From Eledone cirrhosa (lineage: Eukaryota), in contig OZ024765.1 of the NCBI GenBank assembly GCA_964016885.1, positions 6,944,001-7,008,000 on the forward strand: a stretch of DNA of 64,000 bases. Reading direction: 5' to 3'. Numbering within the stretch: position 1 is the stretch's first letter; each line of letters begins with the position of its first letter. Both the position numbers and the translations under genes were made by a program. Of this stretch, positions 1 to 56,900 are shown piece after piece. Under the pieces are notes generated by a model. That model did no database searches, was not told the origin of the DNA, and saw nothing but the letters and a program-made list of their open reading frames with translations.

Positions 1-237
1 GTTGTTTAGTCAGTTTTCTCTGTATGTTCACTGGTTGTGTCCTGTATGTTCACTCTCTGTTTATTGTATGTTCACTGGTTGTATCCTGTATGTTCACTAT
101 CTGTTTACTGTATGTCCACACTGTACACTGCTTGTTTAGTCAGTGTTCACTGTATGTTCTCTCTGTTTACCGTGTGTCCATTGTTTGTTTACTTTATGTT
201 TGCTGTATGTTCACTGTTATATTGTCTTTTATTCCAG

Positions 238-42058
<41,821 letters not shown>

Positions 42059-42094
42059 ATATTTACCCTCGCACTTTAATATTATACACTGATA

Positions 42095-42620
42095 CATTTA
42101 GCTGTTTTACCCTCTGGCCATCTTCAGAGGTATTATCATCAGTATACACTGGTATATTCAGACTAGTATCCTCATCTTGGTTATTATAGTTATATTTCAG
42201 CTGTTGCCATCCTCAAGTACCAATTGTCTTCAATAATGTTCTCAGAATTTTGACCCAAACCCTCTATTTACCCCTAACCCAACAATAAGGAAAAACAGCT
42301 GAAATGTTGTGATTATAATAACTAAGATAAGGACAGTAGCCTGAATATATCAGTGTATAATATTAATCAGTGTGTAATACTAATGATATCCCTGAAGATG
42401 GCCAGTGGGTTGAACAACTGAATATAGTCTGAATATATCAGTGTGTAATACTAATGATATCTCTGAAGATGGCCAGAGGGTTGAACAGCTGAAATGTTGT
42501 GACTATAACAACTAAGATAAGGACAGTAGTCTGATCAGTGTATAATAATAATAATATCTCTGAAGATGGCCAGAGGGTTGAACAACTGAATATCGTCTGA
42601 ATATATCAGTGTATAATAAA
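42095..42620. repeat. Inverted plus tandem repeat in the MIOS 3' UTR containing decayed hammerhead-like cores
   Basis: 42095-42205 is an imperfect reverse complement of units in 42295-42620 (ctgaagatggccagaggg..cagctgaaatgt). Confidence 0.75.
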
Positions 42621-42799
42621 GATAATTCTTCAACAAAGAAATTTTATTTTTCAACATCCAAATGAATTAAGAAAAAAAAGTAACTTCAAAACATAACAAC
42701 AACAATAACACCACTACCTTGGAAATCTTATAAACTCAACTAAAAACACAATGTACACATAAAAGAGATATAAAAAATAATACAAACAAAAAATACACG

Positions 42800-42826
42800 A
42801 ATAAAAAATAAAACACATAAATAAAT
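42800..42826 (+). terminator. Candidate MIOS polyadenylation signals (clustered AATAAA followed by a T-rich tract)
   Basis: aataaaaaataaaacacataaataaattttgttttc; other AATAAA candidates exist (e.g. ~42615). Confidence 0.4.
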
Positions 42827-42869
42827 TTTGTTTTCAAAACTGAATTCCTATCATGTTTTTTCAAACTCC

Positions 42870-43575
42870 TTTTTCTTCGTCCACTTATTCCTATGAGGTT
42901 GTTGGGACAGAGTCCTCAAACATTCCTTCCAGTAGGTCCTTTCAGAAGCAACCGTCACCAGCAGATCCGGCTGGATTCCCAAGCGAGACCAGCCAAGCAC
43001 ATGGATGTTATCCAACCATCTTGCACAGGGTCTACCCCTGGGTCTCCTACCTGTTGGTTTTGCCCATAAAATCTGTCCAGTAATTCTTTCCTAAGACATT
43101 CTAACCACATGTCAATAGTATTGGAGCTGTGATCTCTCAATTCATAGAAGTAGCGGCTCTACCTAGAGTGACTCTCTGATCTCCGAGCTACGCACTCTAT
43201 TGAGTAACGTTACTCCAAAGACCCTTCAGAGGAACCCCATTTCAGTCACTTGTATTCACGATTGTATTCTTGCGGTTATTACCCAAGATTAAGGACCATA
43301 GGTAAGGGTTAGCAATAATACTGAAGTGAAGACAGCGAGTTTGGCTTTTACACCTACCTCCCTTCTGTTGAAGCTGGCGTATTACTGCACCAGCTACTGC
43401 AATTCTTGCACTTAATCCAGCCTCCTGCCTTCCGTAACTCGTGAACACGGCCCTGAGATACTTGAACTTCTCCACCTGCTTCAGTGGAACTCCATTCACA
43501 TGTAGCATGCACTGCACAGGCTCCCTTGAGAAGACAAGTGTCTCTGTTTTCGCAGCTCTTTTCAAACTTATGCAT
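42870..43575 (-). mobile_element. RTE-like LINE fragment (second family); same family at 59470-61420 (+)
   Basis: LKQVEKFKYL..GRQEAGLSARIAVAGAVIR; ggtgacccaggggtagaccc (RPRGRP region). Confidence 0.75.
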
Positions 43576-46224
43576 TCTAAGTTTATTTAGTATTTTTTTT
43601 TTATAGTTTCACATATATTATTTTTATTCATGAAGCAACAAATGAGAGGGGAAGAGGTGGGATTGTTAACCCTTTAACATTTAAACCGGCCATAACCGGC
43701 CAGAATTCTCTCACCTCTTTCTGCTCAAACTGGCCATAACTGGTCACTCATACTGATGTTAAGATATTCTCAAAATAAATAATTTCAAAATCTCATAGAT
43801 TTGATATTATGTCAGATAATTATGTAAGGTAAAGCCTTTACCATGAAAATACAATAGTAAATATAGAGTAATGTAAATGCTTAAAGGGTTAAGTCACGAA
43901 AGAGAAGGGCAACGGGAAATGGTGACAGCTTCTCCACCTAAGTCAGAGTGGTGGTTAGGCTGCACTCTGTGGACAAAATGGCAAAGGCATTCTCTCGGAC
44001 AATGGCCAGCCGCACCTGCTGCAACAATCACCACATCTATGGGGCTCCTTCTTCAGATCGGCTGCCGTCATTCCAATTTTACATTTTAAATGACCAGAAA
44101 ATGTGTTTTGATAGAAGATTGATTGATGGAAGTTACGGAGTAGGTAGACCCAGAAAAACCTGGGACGACATGATAAAATCCGACCTTGCACACTTACACC
44201 TCTCTAAGACAAGGTCACTGGATTGAGATCTTTGGCGCTATGCAGTAATACAGAAGACCCGCCTTCCCTACGTACAAAGTTAACCTACAGTCAGTAGGTA
44301 CCTCTTAACGAAATATCATCATCATCATCATCGTCATCGTCATGTGGCCTCAGCCGAAATGGACTCAACAATTGATCTCCAAGTGGGTCTGTCGTTCATT
44401 GCCGTTGCCAAGTCCTGGATTTCAATACCAGAATCTCTGGAGATGACATCTGGATAGGAGAGCTTGCGCCCCCTGTTATTAGTGACAGCTTGTAACCAAA
44501 TATATGCCCCAACCCACTACCCCTACTCCAGACAGTCCTATATGAGCGAGACACGGTCACCCAATCAATCTTGCCTCAAGTGGGACAATTCCTGTCTAAC
44601 CCATGCTAGCGTGGAAGATAGACGTTAAACAATAACGATGATGATGATTAATAACAGAATAGAATATATTTTTATTTAATATTTTTTCGGGCAGAATCGG
44701 TAGAGTGTCGGACAACATGCTTTGCAGCATAGAGCTATGGCCCTTTGCGTTCTGAGTTCAAATCTTGCCGAGGTTAACTTTGCCTTTCATCCTTATGGGT
44801 TCGATAAAATAAAGTACCAGTAATACACTGGAGTAATTGCTGGCCTTGTGCCAAAAGAAGAAACAATTATTATAAGACCTAACACTCCACCCTTCACTCA
44901 GGTCTCAACACTCCACCCTTCACCAGCTAAGTGCCTCACCCTAGACCTACTGCTCCAATCTCCACCCTACATACATGCACCTCCCAAACCCCAGTCCACA
45001 CTGTAAAGGGGTCGTTTTGGTGCCACAATAAAAGGCACCCGGGCCACTCTGTAAAGGGGTTGTTTTGGTGCCATGACAAAAACCACCTTGTCCACACTGT
45101 AAAGGGGTCGTTTTGGTGCCACGATAAAAGGCACCCAGGCCACTCTGTAAAGGGGTTGTTTTGGTGCCATGACAAAAACCACCTTGTCCACACTGTAAAG
45201 GGGTCGTTTTGGTGCCACGATAAAAGGCACCCAGGCCACTCTGTAAAGGGGTTGTTTTGGTGCCATTACAAAAACCACCTTGTCCACACTGTAAAGGGGC
45301 CGTTTTGGTGCCACGATAAAAGGCACCCGGGCCACTCTGTAAAGGGGTTGTTTTGGTGCCATGACAAAAACCACCTTGTCCACACTGTAAAGGGGTCGTT
45401 TTGGTGCCACGATAAAAGGCACCCAGGCCACTCTGTAAAGGGGTTGTTTTGGTGCCATGACAAAAACCACCTTGTCCACACTGTAAAGGGGTCGTTTTGG
45501 TGCCACTATAAAAGGCACCCAGGCCACTCTGTAAAGGGGTTGTTTTGGTGCCATGACAAAAACCACCTTGTCCACACTGTAAACGGGTCGTTTTGGTGCC
45601 ATGCTAAAAGGCACCCAGGCCACTCTGTAAATGTGTTTGATGTTAGAAAGGGCATCCAGCTGTAGAAACCAAGCCAAAAACAGTTCAAGAGACAACTTGT
45701 CTAACCATGCTAGTATGGATGATGATGATCATCATGATGACATTTGTACAATATTCTATATACTATACATGTAACTTTGATGAGTTGTAGTGCACCTGAG
45801 CACTGTACACAATAATTTTCATTATTATTATTTATGAAATGTAGGTGGATTGGCAGATATGGGGTCGATAAAATAAGGTACGAGTCACACACTGGTGTCG
45901 ATTTAATTGACTTTCCCCTCTCCCAAAATTACTGGCTTTGTGCCTATAGTAGAAATCATTATTTTATAATAAATGTAGGGCAGTGATTGTCATTATCGGT
46001 AGAGGGTCAGACGCCATGCTTTGATGCATAGAGTTACGGCGCTTTCCAATCAGAGTTCAAATCCTGCCGAGGTTAACTTTGCCTTTCATCCTTATGGGGT
46101 CGATAAAAGTACCAGTAATGCACTGGGTAATTGCTGGCCTTGTGCCGAAAGTAGAAACAATTATTTTATGATAAAATAAAATAAAATAAAGAAAACCAGT
46201 AAAATAAACAAAATTTATTGGATA

Positions 46225-47295
46225 ACTAGATACAGTTAATATAATTAGATAATTAGGTACAGTTGATAGAATTAGATAATTAGATAACTCGGTACAGTTA
46301 ATTGAATTAGATAATTAGGTGCAGTTGATAGAATTAGATAATTAGATAACTCGGTACAGTTAATTGAATTAGATAATTAGGTACAGTTGATAGAATTAGA
46401 TAATTAGATAACTCGGTACAGTTAATTGAATTAGATAATTAGGTACAGTTGATAGAATTAGATAATAAGATAACTCGGTACAGTTAATTGAATTAGATAA
46501 TTAGGTGCAGTTGATAGAATTAGATAATTAGATAACTCGGTACAGTTAATTGAATTAGATAATTAGGTACAGTTGATAGAATTAGATAATTAGATAACTC
46601 GGTACAGTTAATTGAATTAGATAATTAGGTGCAGTTGATAGAATTAGATAATTAGATAACTCGGTACAGTTAATTGAATTAGATAATTAGGTGCAGTTGA
46701 TAGAATTAGATAATTAGATAACTCGGTACAGTTAATTGAATTAGATAATTAGGTGCAGTTGATAGAATTAGATAATTAGATAACTCGGTACAGTTAATTG
46801 AATTAGATAATTAGGTGCAGTTGATAGAATTAGATAATTAGATAACTCGGTACAGTTAATTGAATTAGATAATTAGGTGCAGTTGATAGAATTAGATAAT
46901 TAGATAACTCGGTAGAGTTAATTGAATTAGATAATTAAGTGCAGTTGATAGAATTAGATAATTAGATAACTCGGTACAGTTAATTGAATTAGATAATTAG
47001 GTGCAGTTGATAGAATTAGATAATTAGATAACTTGGTACAGTTAATTGAATTAGATAATTAGGTGCAGTTGATAGAATTAGATAATTAGATAACTCGGTA
47101 CAGTTAATTGAATTAGATAATTAGGTGCAGTTGATAGAATTAGATAATTAGATAACTCGGTACAGTTAATTGAATTAGATAATTAGGTGCAGTTGATAGA
47201 ATTAGATAATTAGATAACTCGGTACAGTTAATTGAATTAGATAATTAGGTGCAGTTGATAGAATTAGATAATTAGATAACTCGGTACAGTTGATC
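46225..47295. repeat. 62-bp AT-rich minisatellite, ~17 copies
   Basis: gtacagttaattgaattagataattaggtgcagttgatagaattagataattagataactcg; period 62. Confidence 0.95.
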
Positions 47296-47392
47296 AGATC
47301 AGATAGCTGGGTAAATTTGATAGATTTAATCAGACAGCTGGGTTTATTTGATAGATTTAATTGGAGAGGTGGGTACAGTTATTAGAATTATT

Positions 47393-47650
47393 TTAGGAGA
47401 CTGGGCAGATGCATAGTTGGGTACACTTGATTTGCTTCTTGAGAACCCACAGTTCAAGACGCGACCCAAGAATTGGTCCCATACCTCGGAATACAGACTT
47501 GTAGTACTGGCCGGTTACGTAAGGAAGATTCTTGGAGGTGAGTTCTTGAGCAAACTTTTTGTAGAGGAATTCTATGTCAAAACTAAAATAACCGTTGAAA
47601 ACTTTCACATACACCTCAATGTCGGAGATTTTTTTCAAATAGACAGTTTT
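47393..47650 (-). CDS. SOUL-like gene terminal exon ([21 protein letters not shown]...[22 protein letters not shown])
   Basis: ttgcag acceptor on -, TAA stop; resembles SOUL C-half (VFVRSFDG..NEVWL). Confidence 0.85.
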   Translation of the reverse strand, partial: KTVYLKKISDIEVYVKVFNGYFSFDIEFLYKKFAQELTSKNLPYVTGQYYKSVFRGMGPILGSRLELWVLKKQIKCTQLCICPVS

Positions 47651-49036
47651 CTGCAAGTAAAGAAAGTATATATAATCAAATATAATTGCAGCTATATATA
47701 AGGAACGATCGACTTTCGTCCATTCGGACTGAGTAATATATATACATGCATGTATGTATATATATATACATGTATATATGTATGTATATACATGCATGTA
47801 TGTATGTATATACATGTATGTATGTATATGCATGTATGTATATACATGCATGTATGTATGTATATACATGCATGTATGTATGTATATACATGCATGTATG
47901 TATATACATGCATGTATGTATATACATGCATGTATGTATATACATGCATGTACGTATGTATATACATGCATGTACGTATGTATATACATACATGTACGTA
48001 TGTATATACATGCATGTATGTATGTATATACATGCATGTATGTATGTATATACATGCATATATATATGTATGTATGTATATATATACATGCATACATATA
48101 TAACACCTGAAACCCTGATGGTATCCAATGATGTTGACTTGTTCTTCTTTTTGATAAATATCATCTTGGTTAAGAGAGTGGGACTGGCTTTGTGCAGTGC
48201 CTTTGCTCACTATAAAAGCTTCATGGCACAGGCATTGCTTTATATCTGGAGATCTCTCTGCACTTGTCGTCACGTGGTACCATGGGCCTAGCACTATGTG
48301 TCAATAATTGTCACAGGTGTAGTGTTTGTACCAGAGTTTTCAAGTCGCTGGCTGGACTAAAAAGTCACACTCGTTCAGCGCATCGGTAGGGGTTCTCCTA
48401 CATGGATATAAAGTAGTGGCCGTACTCGAAAACGAGTTGGCAGCCACCATATACATGCATATATATATGTATCTATATACATGCATATATATATATGTAT
48501 GTATATACATGCATATATATATATGTATGTATATACATGCATATATATGTATGTATATACATGCATATGTATGTATGTATATACATGCATATATATGTAT
48601 GTATATACATGCATATATATGTATGTATATACATGCATATATATGTATGTATATATATGCATATATATGTATGTATGTATATGTATGTATATACATGCAT
48701 ATATATATGTATGTATATACATGCATATATATATGTATGTATATACATGCATATATATATGTATGTATATACATGCATATATATATGTATGTATATATAT
48801 GCATGTATGTATGTATATACATGCATATATGTATGTATATACATGCATATATGAATGTATATATACATGCATATATGAATGTATATATACATGCATATAT
48901 GTATGTATATACATGCATATATGAATGTATATATACATGCATATATGAATGTATATATACATGCATATATGAATGTATATATACATGCATATATGAATGT
49001 ATATATACATGCATATATATGTATGTATATACATGC

Positions 49037-49068
<32 letters not shown>

Positions 49069-50883
49069 ATATATATATATATGTATGTATGTATATATAT
49101 ATATATATGTATGTATGTATATGTATGTATATATATATATATATGTATGTATGTATATACATGCATATATATATGTATGTATATATATATATGTATGTAT
49201 GTATATACATGCATATATATATGTATGTATATATATATATGTATGTATGTATATACATGCATATATATATGTATGTATGTATATACATGCATATATATAT
49301 GTATGTATATACATGCATATATATATATATATATATGTATGTATATACATGCATATATATATATATATATGTATGTATATACATGCATATATATATATAT
49401 ATATGTATGTATATATATGCATATATATATATATATGTGCGTATATACATGCATATATATATATGTGTGTATGTGTAACAGTAATATACTTGAACGACAA
49501 AGCATAAATGAATTGAGAGAGACTGAGCATAAGAGGAATCAAATGCTGCGTGCAGGAGAGGCGGTTGCGCTGGTATGGACATGTGATGCGTATGAAGGAT
49601 GACAGATGCATAAAAAGGTGCAGAGCACTAGAAGTTGATGGAAACCGCGGAGTGGGGAGACCCAAGATGACCTGGGATGAGGTGATAAAAGCCGACCTTA
49701 CCCAATTACACCTCTCAAAGACAATGACACACGACCGTGACTTCTGGCGTCACACAGTAATACAGAGTACCCGACCTCCCATGGGTACATGCTGAAGCAT
49801 ATAAACAATATGCCCCCACCCACCCCACCGCAAGGTGGTCGTGAAGGTGCCACGGCAAAAAAAGCACCCAGTCCACACTGTAAAGTGGACGTGTAGGCGC
49901 CACGAAAAAGCACCCAGCACTCACTGTAAATGAGGTTGGTGTTAAGAAGGGCATCCAGCTGTAGAAATCAAGCCAGATCAGTTCCTGTATGAGCAAGGCA
50001 TGGTCAGCCGAACAGACACTGCCCACAACAGGACAACCCGTCTAACCCATGCTAGCGTGGAAGAACGGACGTAAAACGGTGATGATGATGTGTGTATATA
50101 CATGCATATATATATATATATGTGTGTATATACATGCATATATATATATATATGTATGTATGTATATATATGCATATATATATATGTGTATATACATACA
50201 CACACACATGTATATATATATATATTTATATTTATACATACACGCACATATATATATTTATATATGTACATACACAAACAAACGAGCAACGATGGTTGCT
50301 GAACACTACGGCTTTGTACGGGATGTTTGTTTACAAACACCGAGCATTATAATAAATGTTTGGTGAATCCATACGTACATATATATATGTGTGAATGTAT
50401 GTATTTACATATACATACTACTGTACGTCTGTATACATATATGTATGTACGTATACATACTTATATTTAAGTAACAGCCGTACTAAGTGAGAAATTGAAA
50501 TTTCGTTTCATTTTTTCCGTTTATCGTTTTCGGTACCCCAGCCGATTAACTCACTCGATATGCAAATTAGGCTGCTCAGCCATTAATATGCATAAGGAAA
50601 GTATATACTTTCAGATGTTCAATCATCTGGCAGGAAGGTATATGTTGCTGACGATAGCTAATAAGCTTGAAACTAGTACAGCGTTCCTTTGTCAGTGTTG
50701 AACAAACGAGCAACGATGGTTGCTAGACACTACGGCTTAATTCGGGATGTTTGTTTACAAACACAGCGAGCATTATAATAAATGTTCGGTGAATCCATAC
50801 GTACATATATATGTGTGCATGTATGTATATATATATACATACTACTGTACGTCTGTATACATATATGTATGTACGTATACATA

Positions 50884-50936
<53 letters not shown>

Positions 50937-53900
50937 TCATCATTTTACATCTGCTCTTCCCTGCTTGCAAGGGTGGGATATGTGTGTATATATATATATA
51001 TGTATGTATAAATATATATGTATGTGTATATATATATGTATAAATATATATGTATATATATATATGTGTAAATATATATGTATATATATGTATAAATATA
51101 TATGTATATATATGTATAAATATATATGTATATATATGTATAAATATATATGTATATATATGTATAAATATATATTTATATGTATGTACATATATGTATC
51201 TAAATATATGTATATATATATGCCCACAAACTCCCAGTCTGACCTGGACACAATGCAACACTGGCAACTCAAGCTAGCTGTGGACAAGTGTACCACCATG
51301 CATTTTGGGAGTAAAAACCCAGCGCCCACATACTCCCTCCACAGCACTAATATCAAGAAGTCTTCTTGTGAACGTGACCTGGGCATTACGGTCAGCAGCG
51401 ATTTGCGTTGGACGAAGCACATCTCTAAAATTGTCAAGAGGGCCGAGGGTGTCTTAGCATCACTCAGCAAGACCTTTGTCAGCCACTCTCCAGTTATCTA
51501 TTTAAGGCTGTACATGGTTATGATGCGGTCATACTTAGAATTTGGTTCACCAGTCTGGAACCTCTATTTTGCTCAGAACATACACCGCCTGGAAACTGTT
51601 CAGAGACATGCAACCAAGCGAATACCCTTCATCAGGCATCTACCATACTCTGAACGCCTTGCTTCCCTGGGCATGGATACATTGAAGCTCCGACGCCTGG
51701 CAACTGACTTGGAAAACACCCACAAAATTATTAACCATCTTGCCAACAACAACCCTGAGTACCTTTTTGATTTCCCTGTGTCTAACACACGTGGGCATGC
51801 CTACAAAGTCAGAAAAGAGCACACTTCCCATGACTTTCGGAAACATTTTTTCACGCTCAGAGTTGCCGAAGCATGGAATAAACTACCTGCATCAGTTGTT
51901 AGCTGTCGAGACACTGCATCCTTTAAAACCTCCATGGAACAAACTCCCGGCATCAGTTATTAGCTGTTGAGACACTGCAACCTTTAAAACCTCCATGGAA
52001 CAAACTCCCGGCATCAGTTATTAGCTGTTGAGACACTGCAACCTTTAAAACCTCCATGGAACAAACTCCCGGCATCAGTTATTAGCTGTCGGGACACTGC
52101 ATCCTTTAAAACCTCCATGGAACAAACTACCTGCATCAGTTGTTAGCTGTTGAGACACTGCAACCTTTAAAACCTCCATGGAACAAACTACCTGCATCAG
52201 TTGTTAGCTGTTGAGAGACTGCATCCTTTAAAACCTCCATGGAACAAACTACCTGCATCAGTTGTTAGCTGTCGAGACACTGCATCCTTTAAAACCTCCA
52301 TGGAACAAACTACCTGCATCAGTTGTTGGCTGTCGAGACACTGCATCCTTTAAAACCTCCATGCTTCCCGAGATTCACCAACACTACACCTAATGTTCCC
52401 CCTCCATACACACATGTATATATATCATGACTCATACACTGTTCACTTCCCTGACATTTGTATATTATTCTATTTGACGAGTTGTAGTGCACCTGAGCAC
52501 TGTACACAATAATTTCATTATTATTATTATTAAAATACAAGAAGTTTATTTGTAAATATCTAAACATTACTTACATTTATAGGACATGGAGGCGAGTTAT
52601 TATTAACAAAAAACTGCATCTGGTACTTCTTTAAAGATTTAGAGGTATTTGACGGAAACAATGTCACCTTAATTATTACTGGTACGGTTCTCTTCATCCT
52701 CAATTTATCGCTATTTGATCCTGCAGTAGAAGTAAATGAGGCAGGGAATAAATTCATGTTGATAATCTTATTTGTAGTAGTAGTAGTAGTACTAATACTA
52801 ATTTATTTATTAGCCACACAGGGCTTACATTAACCCTTTAGAATTTAAACCACCCATATTAGGCCAGAATTCTCTCACTTCTAACTGTTTAAACTGGTCG
52901 TAACCAGCCGCTCATACTGACGTTAAGGTATTGTTCTCAAAATAAATAATATTAAAATCTCGTAGATTGAGTATTATGTGAATAATAATGTAAGATAGAG
53001 CCTTTACCACAAAAATACAATAGTGTATATAGTAATGTAAATGCTAAAGGGTTAAGGAAACATTGAAAACGGTACAGGACGATACAATGTGGGCTTTTTG
53101 TGAAAAATAGAATTTAGAACATGCACAGAGTTGCTGAAGCATGGAGCAAACTACCTGCATCAGTTGTTAGCTGTCGAGACACTGCATCCTTTAAAACCTC
53201 CATGGAACAAACTACCTGCATCAGTTGTTAGCTGTCGAGACACTGCATCCTTTAAAACCTCCATGGAACAAACTACCTGCATCAGTTGTTAGCTGTCGAG
53301 ACACTGCATCCTTTAAAACCTCCATGGAACAAACTACCTGCATCAGTTGTTAGCTGTCGAGACACTGCATCCTTTAAAACCTCCATGGAACAAACTACCT
53401 GCATCAGTTGTTAGCTGTCGAGACACTGCATCCTTTAAAACCTCCATGGAACAAACTACCTGCATCAGTTGTTAGCTGCCGAGACACTGCATCCTTTAAA
53501 ACCTCCATGGAACAAACTACCTGCATCAGTTGTTAGCTGTCGAGACACTGCATCCTTTAAAACCTCCATGGAACAAACTACCTGCATCAGTTGTTAGCTG
53601 TCGAGACACTGCATCCTTTAAAACCTCCATGGAACAAACTACCTGCATCAGTTGTTAGCTGTCGAGACACTGCATCCTTTAAAACCTCCATGGAACAAAC
53701 TACCTGCATCAGTTGTTAGCTGTCGAGACACTGCATCCTTTAAAACCTCCATGGAACAAACTACCTGCATCAGTTGTTAGCTGTCGAGATACTGCATCCT
53801 TTAAAACCTCCATGGAACAAACTACCTGCATCAGTTGTTAGCTGTCGAGACACTGCATCCTTTAAAACCTCCATGGAACAAACTAATAGCATCAGTTGTT

Positions 53901-56900
53901 AGCTGTCGAGACACTGCATCCTTTAAAACCTCCATGGAACAAACTACCTGCATCAGTTGTTAGCTGTCGAGACACTGCATCCTTTAAAACCTCCATGGAA
54001 CAAACTAATAGCATCAGTTGTTAGCTGTCGAGACACTGCATCCTTTAAAACCTCCATGGAACAAACTACCTGCATCAGTTGTTAGCTGTCGAGACACTGC
54101 ATCCTTTAAAACCTCCATGGAACAAACTACCTGCATCAGTTGTTAGCTGTCGAGACACTGCATCCTTTAAAACCTCATGCTTCCTGAGATTCGCCAACAC
54201 TACACCTAATGTCCCCCCTCCATACACACATGTATATATATCATGACTCATACACTGTTCACTTTCCTGACATTTGTGTATTATTCTATGTACTATACAT
54301 GCACCTTTGATGAGTAGTAGTGCACCTGAGCACTGTGCACAATAATTTCATTATTATTATTATTATATTTAATACTTAATTGTTTCTACTTTTGGCACAA
54401 GGCCAGCAATTACCCCAGTGCATTACTGGTACTTTATTTTATCGACCCTGTAAGGATTAAAGGCAAAGTTAACCTCGGCGGGATTTGAACTCAGAATGTA
54501 AAAGACAGTAACTCTATGCGTCAAAGGATGGCGTCCGACCCTCTACTGATTCTACCAATCCACCGCTAGAACATACATAATTAATGTTTCTACTTTTGGC
54601 ACAAGGCCAGCAATTAGCAATTATCCAGTGCATTATACATAATTAATGTTTCTGATTTAGGTACAAGGCCAACTATTTGAAGGGGAGGGGAAAGTCAATT
54701 AAATCAACCCAGTACGTGACTGGTACTTTATTTTATAGTAAAAATGGTTTCTAATTTAGACACAATGCCAACAATTTTTTTTTTTTTGTGGGTGGAGATG
54801 TAAAGGGCCGTAACTCTATTCCAAAAAGCATGTCATACGCTGTTCTTATAATAATAAGTCACACACACCTTTACAGTAAAAAGATACTCACCTTGAAAAT
54901 ATTTAAAGTTATTTTTATACTGTTGCATGAATGAAGTATTGGATGATCCTGTTACAATGTACATAGACATTTGACGGGTCTCCAGTTCTTCGTGGAAAGA
55001 GTAAGTTGTGTTGGGGCACTTATAGCTGGCTGCAACAGAAGGAACAAGGAAAGAAATTAAAACAGATCGAGAAAGAAGGATTGCTAGAATAAGATTTCTT
55101 ATCTGAAAACAAGTGTTGAAACAGATATTGTTATACTTTGGGAGAGTCATGCTGCTAATAAAAGCACACGTGGGAGGCACATGGCTTAGCGGTTAGAGCA
55201 TTGGCCTTGCAATAGAAAGGTTGTGAGTTCAATTCTCAAACCATGGGATGTGTTGTTTCCTTGAGAAAGACACTTTATTTCACATTGCTCCAGTTTACTC
55301 AGCTGTAGAAATGAGATGATAGGACTGGGTTCCCTATCATTCCACTGTAAAGTGGTCGTGGAGGTGCCATGGTAAAAAAGCACCCAGCACTCACTGTAAA
55401 GTGGTCGTGGAGGTGCCATGGAAAAAAAAGCACCCAGCACTCACTGTAAAGTGGTCGTGGAGGTGCCATGGAAAAAAAGCACCCAGCACTCACTGTAAAG
55501 TGTGGAGGTGCCATGGAAAAAAAGCACCCAGCACTCACTGTAAAGTGGTCGTGGAGGTGCCATGGTAAAAAAGCACCCAGCACTCACTGTAAAGTGGTCG
55601 TGGAGGTGCCATGGAAAAAAAGCACCCAGCACTCACTGTAAAGTGTGGAGGTGCCATGGAAAAAAAGCACCTAGTACTCACTGTAAAGTGTGGAGGTGCC
55701 ATGGAAAAAAAGCACCCAGCACTCACTGTAAAGTGTGGAGGTGCCATGGAAAAAAAGCACCCAGCACTCACTGTAAAGTGGTCGTGGAGGTGCCATGGAA
55801 AAAAAGCACCCAGCACTCACTGTAAAGTGTGGAGGTGCCATGGAAAAAAAGCACCTAGTACTCACTGTAAAGTGTGGAGGTGCCATGGAAAAAAAGCACC
55901 CAGCACTCACTGTAAAGTGTGGAGGTGCCATGGAAAAAAAGCACCCAGCACTCACTGTAAAGTGGTCGTGGAGGTGCCATGGAAAAAAAGCACCCAGCAC
56001 TCACTGTAAAGTGTGGAGGTGCCATGGAAAAAAAGCACCCAGCACTCACTGTAAAGTGGTCGTGGAGGTGCCATGGAAAAAAAGCACCCAGCACTCACTG
56101 TAAAGTGTGGAGGTGCCATGGAAAAAAAGCACCCAGCACTCACTGTAAAGTGGTCGTGGAGGTGCCATGGAAAAAAAGCACCCAGCACTCACTGTAAAGT
56201 GTGGAGGTGCCATGGAAAAAAAGCACCCAGCACTCACTGTAAAGTGGTCGTGGAGGTGCCATGGAAAAAAAGCACCCAGCACTCACTGTAAAGTGTGGAG
56301 GTGCCATGGAAAAAAAGCACCCAGCACTCACTGTAAAGTGGTCGTGGAGGTGCCATGGAAAAAAAGCACCCAGCACTCACTGTAAAGTGTGGAGGTGCCA
56401 TGGAAAAAAAGCACCCAGCACTCACTGTAAAGTGGTCGTGGAGGTGCCATGGAAAAAAAGCACCCAGCACTCACTGTAAATGAGGTTGGTGTTAGGAAGG
56501 GCATCCAGCTGTAGAAATCAAGCCAGAATCAGTTCCCGTCCCACCCTTGCAAGCAGGGAAAAGTGGACGTAAAATGATGATTTTGATGTTGCTGGTGTGT
56601 CCTAAGACAGGAAGGAAGGACATAACTTTATTTCTACCCCAGTCTACTGGACTGATAAACAGGTTCCACTCTTGAACACTTTGCTGAAGTTGCTGCTGTG
56701 TCCCAAGACAGGAAGGAAGGACATAACTTTATTTCTACCCCAGTCTACTGGACTGATAAACAGGTTCCACTCTTGAACACTTTGCTGAAGTTGCTGCTGT
56801 GTCCCAAGACAGGAAGGAAGGACATAACTTTATTTCTACCCCAGTCTACTGGACTGATAAACAGGTTCCATGCTTATATGTTGGGGTTGTTGTAAAAAAA

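Noticed and set aside
44931-45695. 244-aa and 242-aa periodic His/Cys/Trp ORFs
   Set aside because: A 96-bp (2 x 48) SINE-derived tandem repeat, open by chance because the period is a multiple of 3; no splice or start context.
47695-47735. Half hammerhead on - (GTCC-GAAT-GGAC-GAAA-GTCGATC); similar partial cores at 6665-6720 and 12505-12535
   Set aside because: CUGANGA or stem I is missing or mutated; treated as truncated relics, not called as ribozymes.
47676-50366. Many overlapping ORFs rich in Y/I/C/M/H (also 30205-32893)
   Set aside because: Translations of TA/TG/CATG low-complexity DNA.
55173-55250. tRNA-like sequences with A and B boxes (also 13420-13495, 34780-34875 and others)
   Set aside because: No complete cloverleaf, and they run into SINE bodies; SINE heads rather than tRNA genes.
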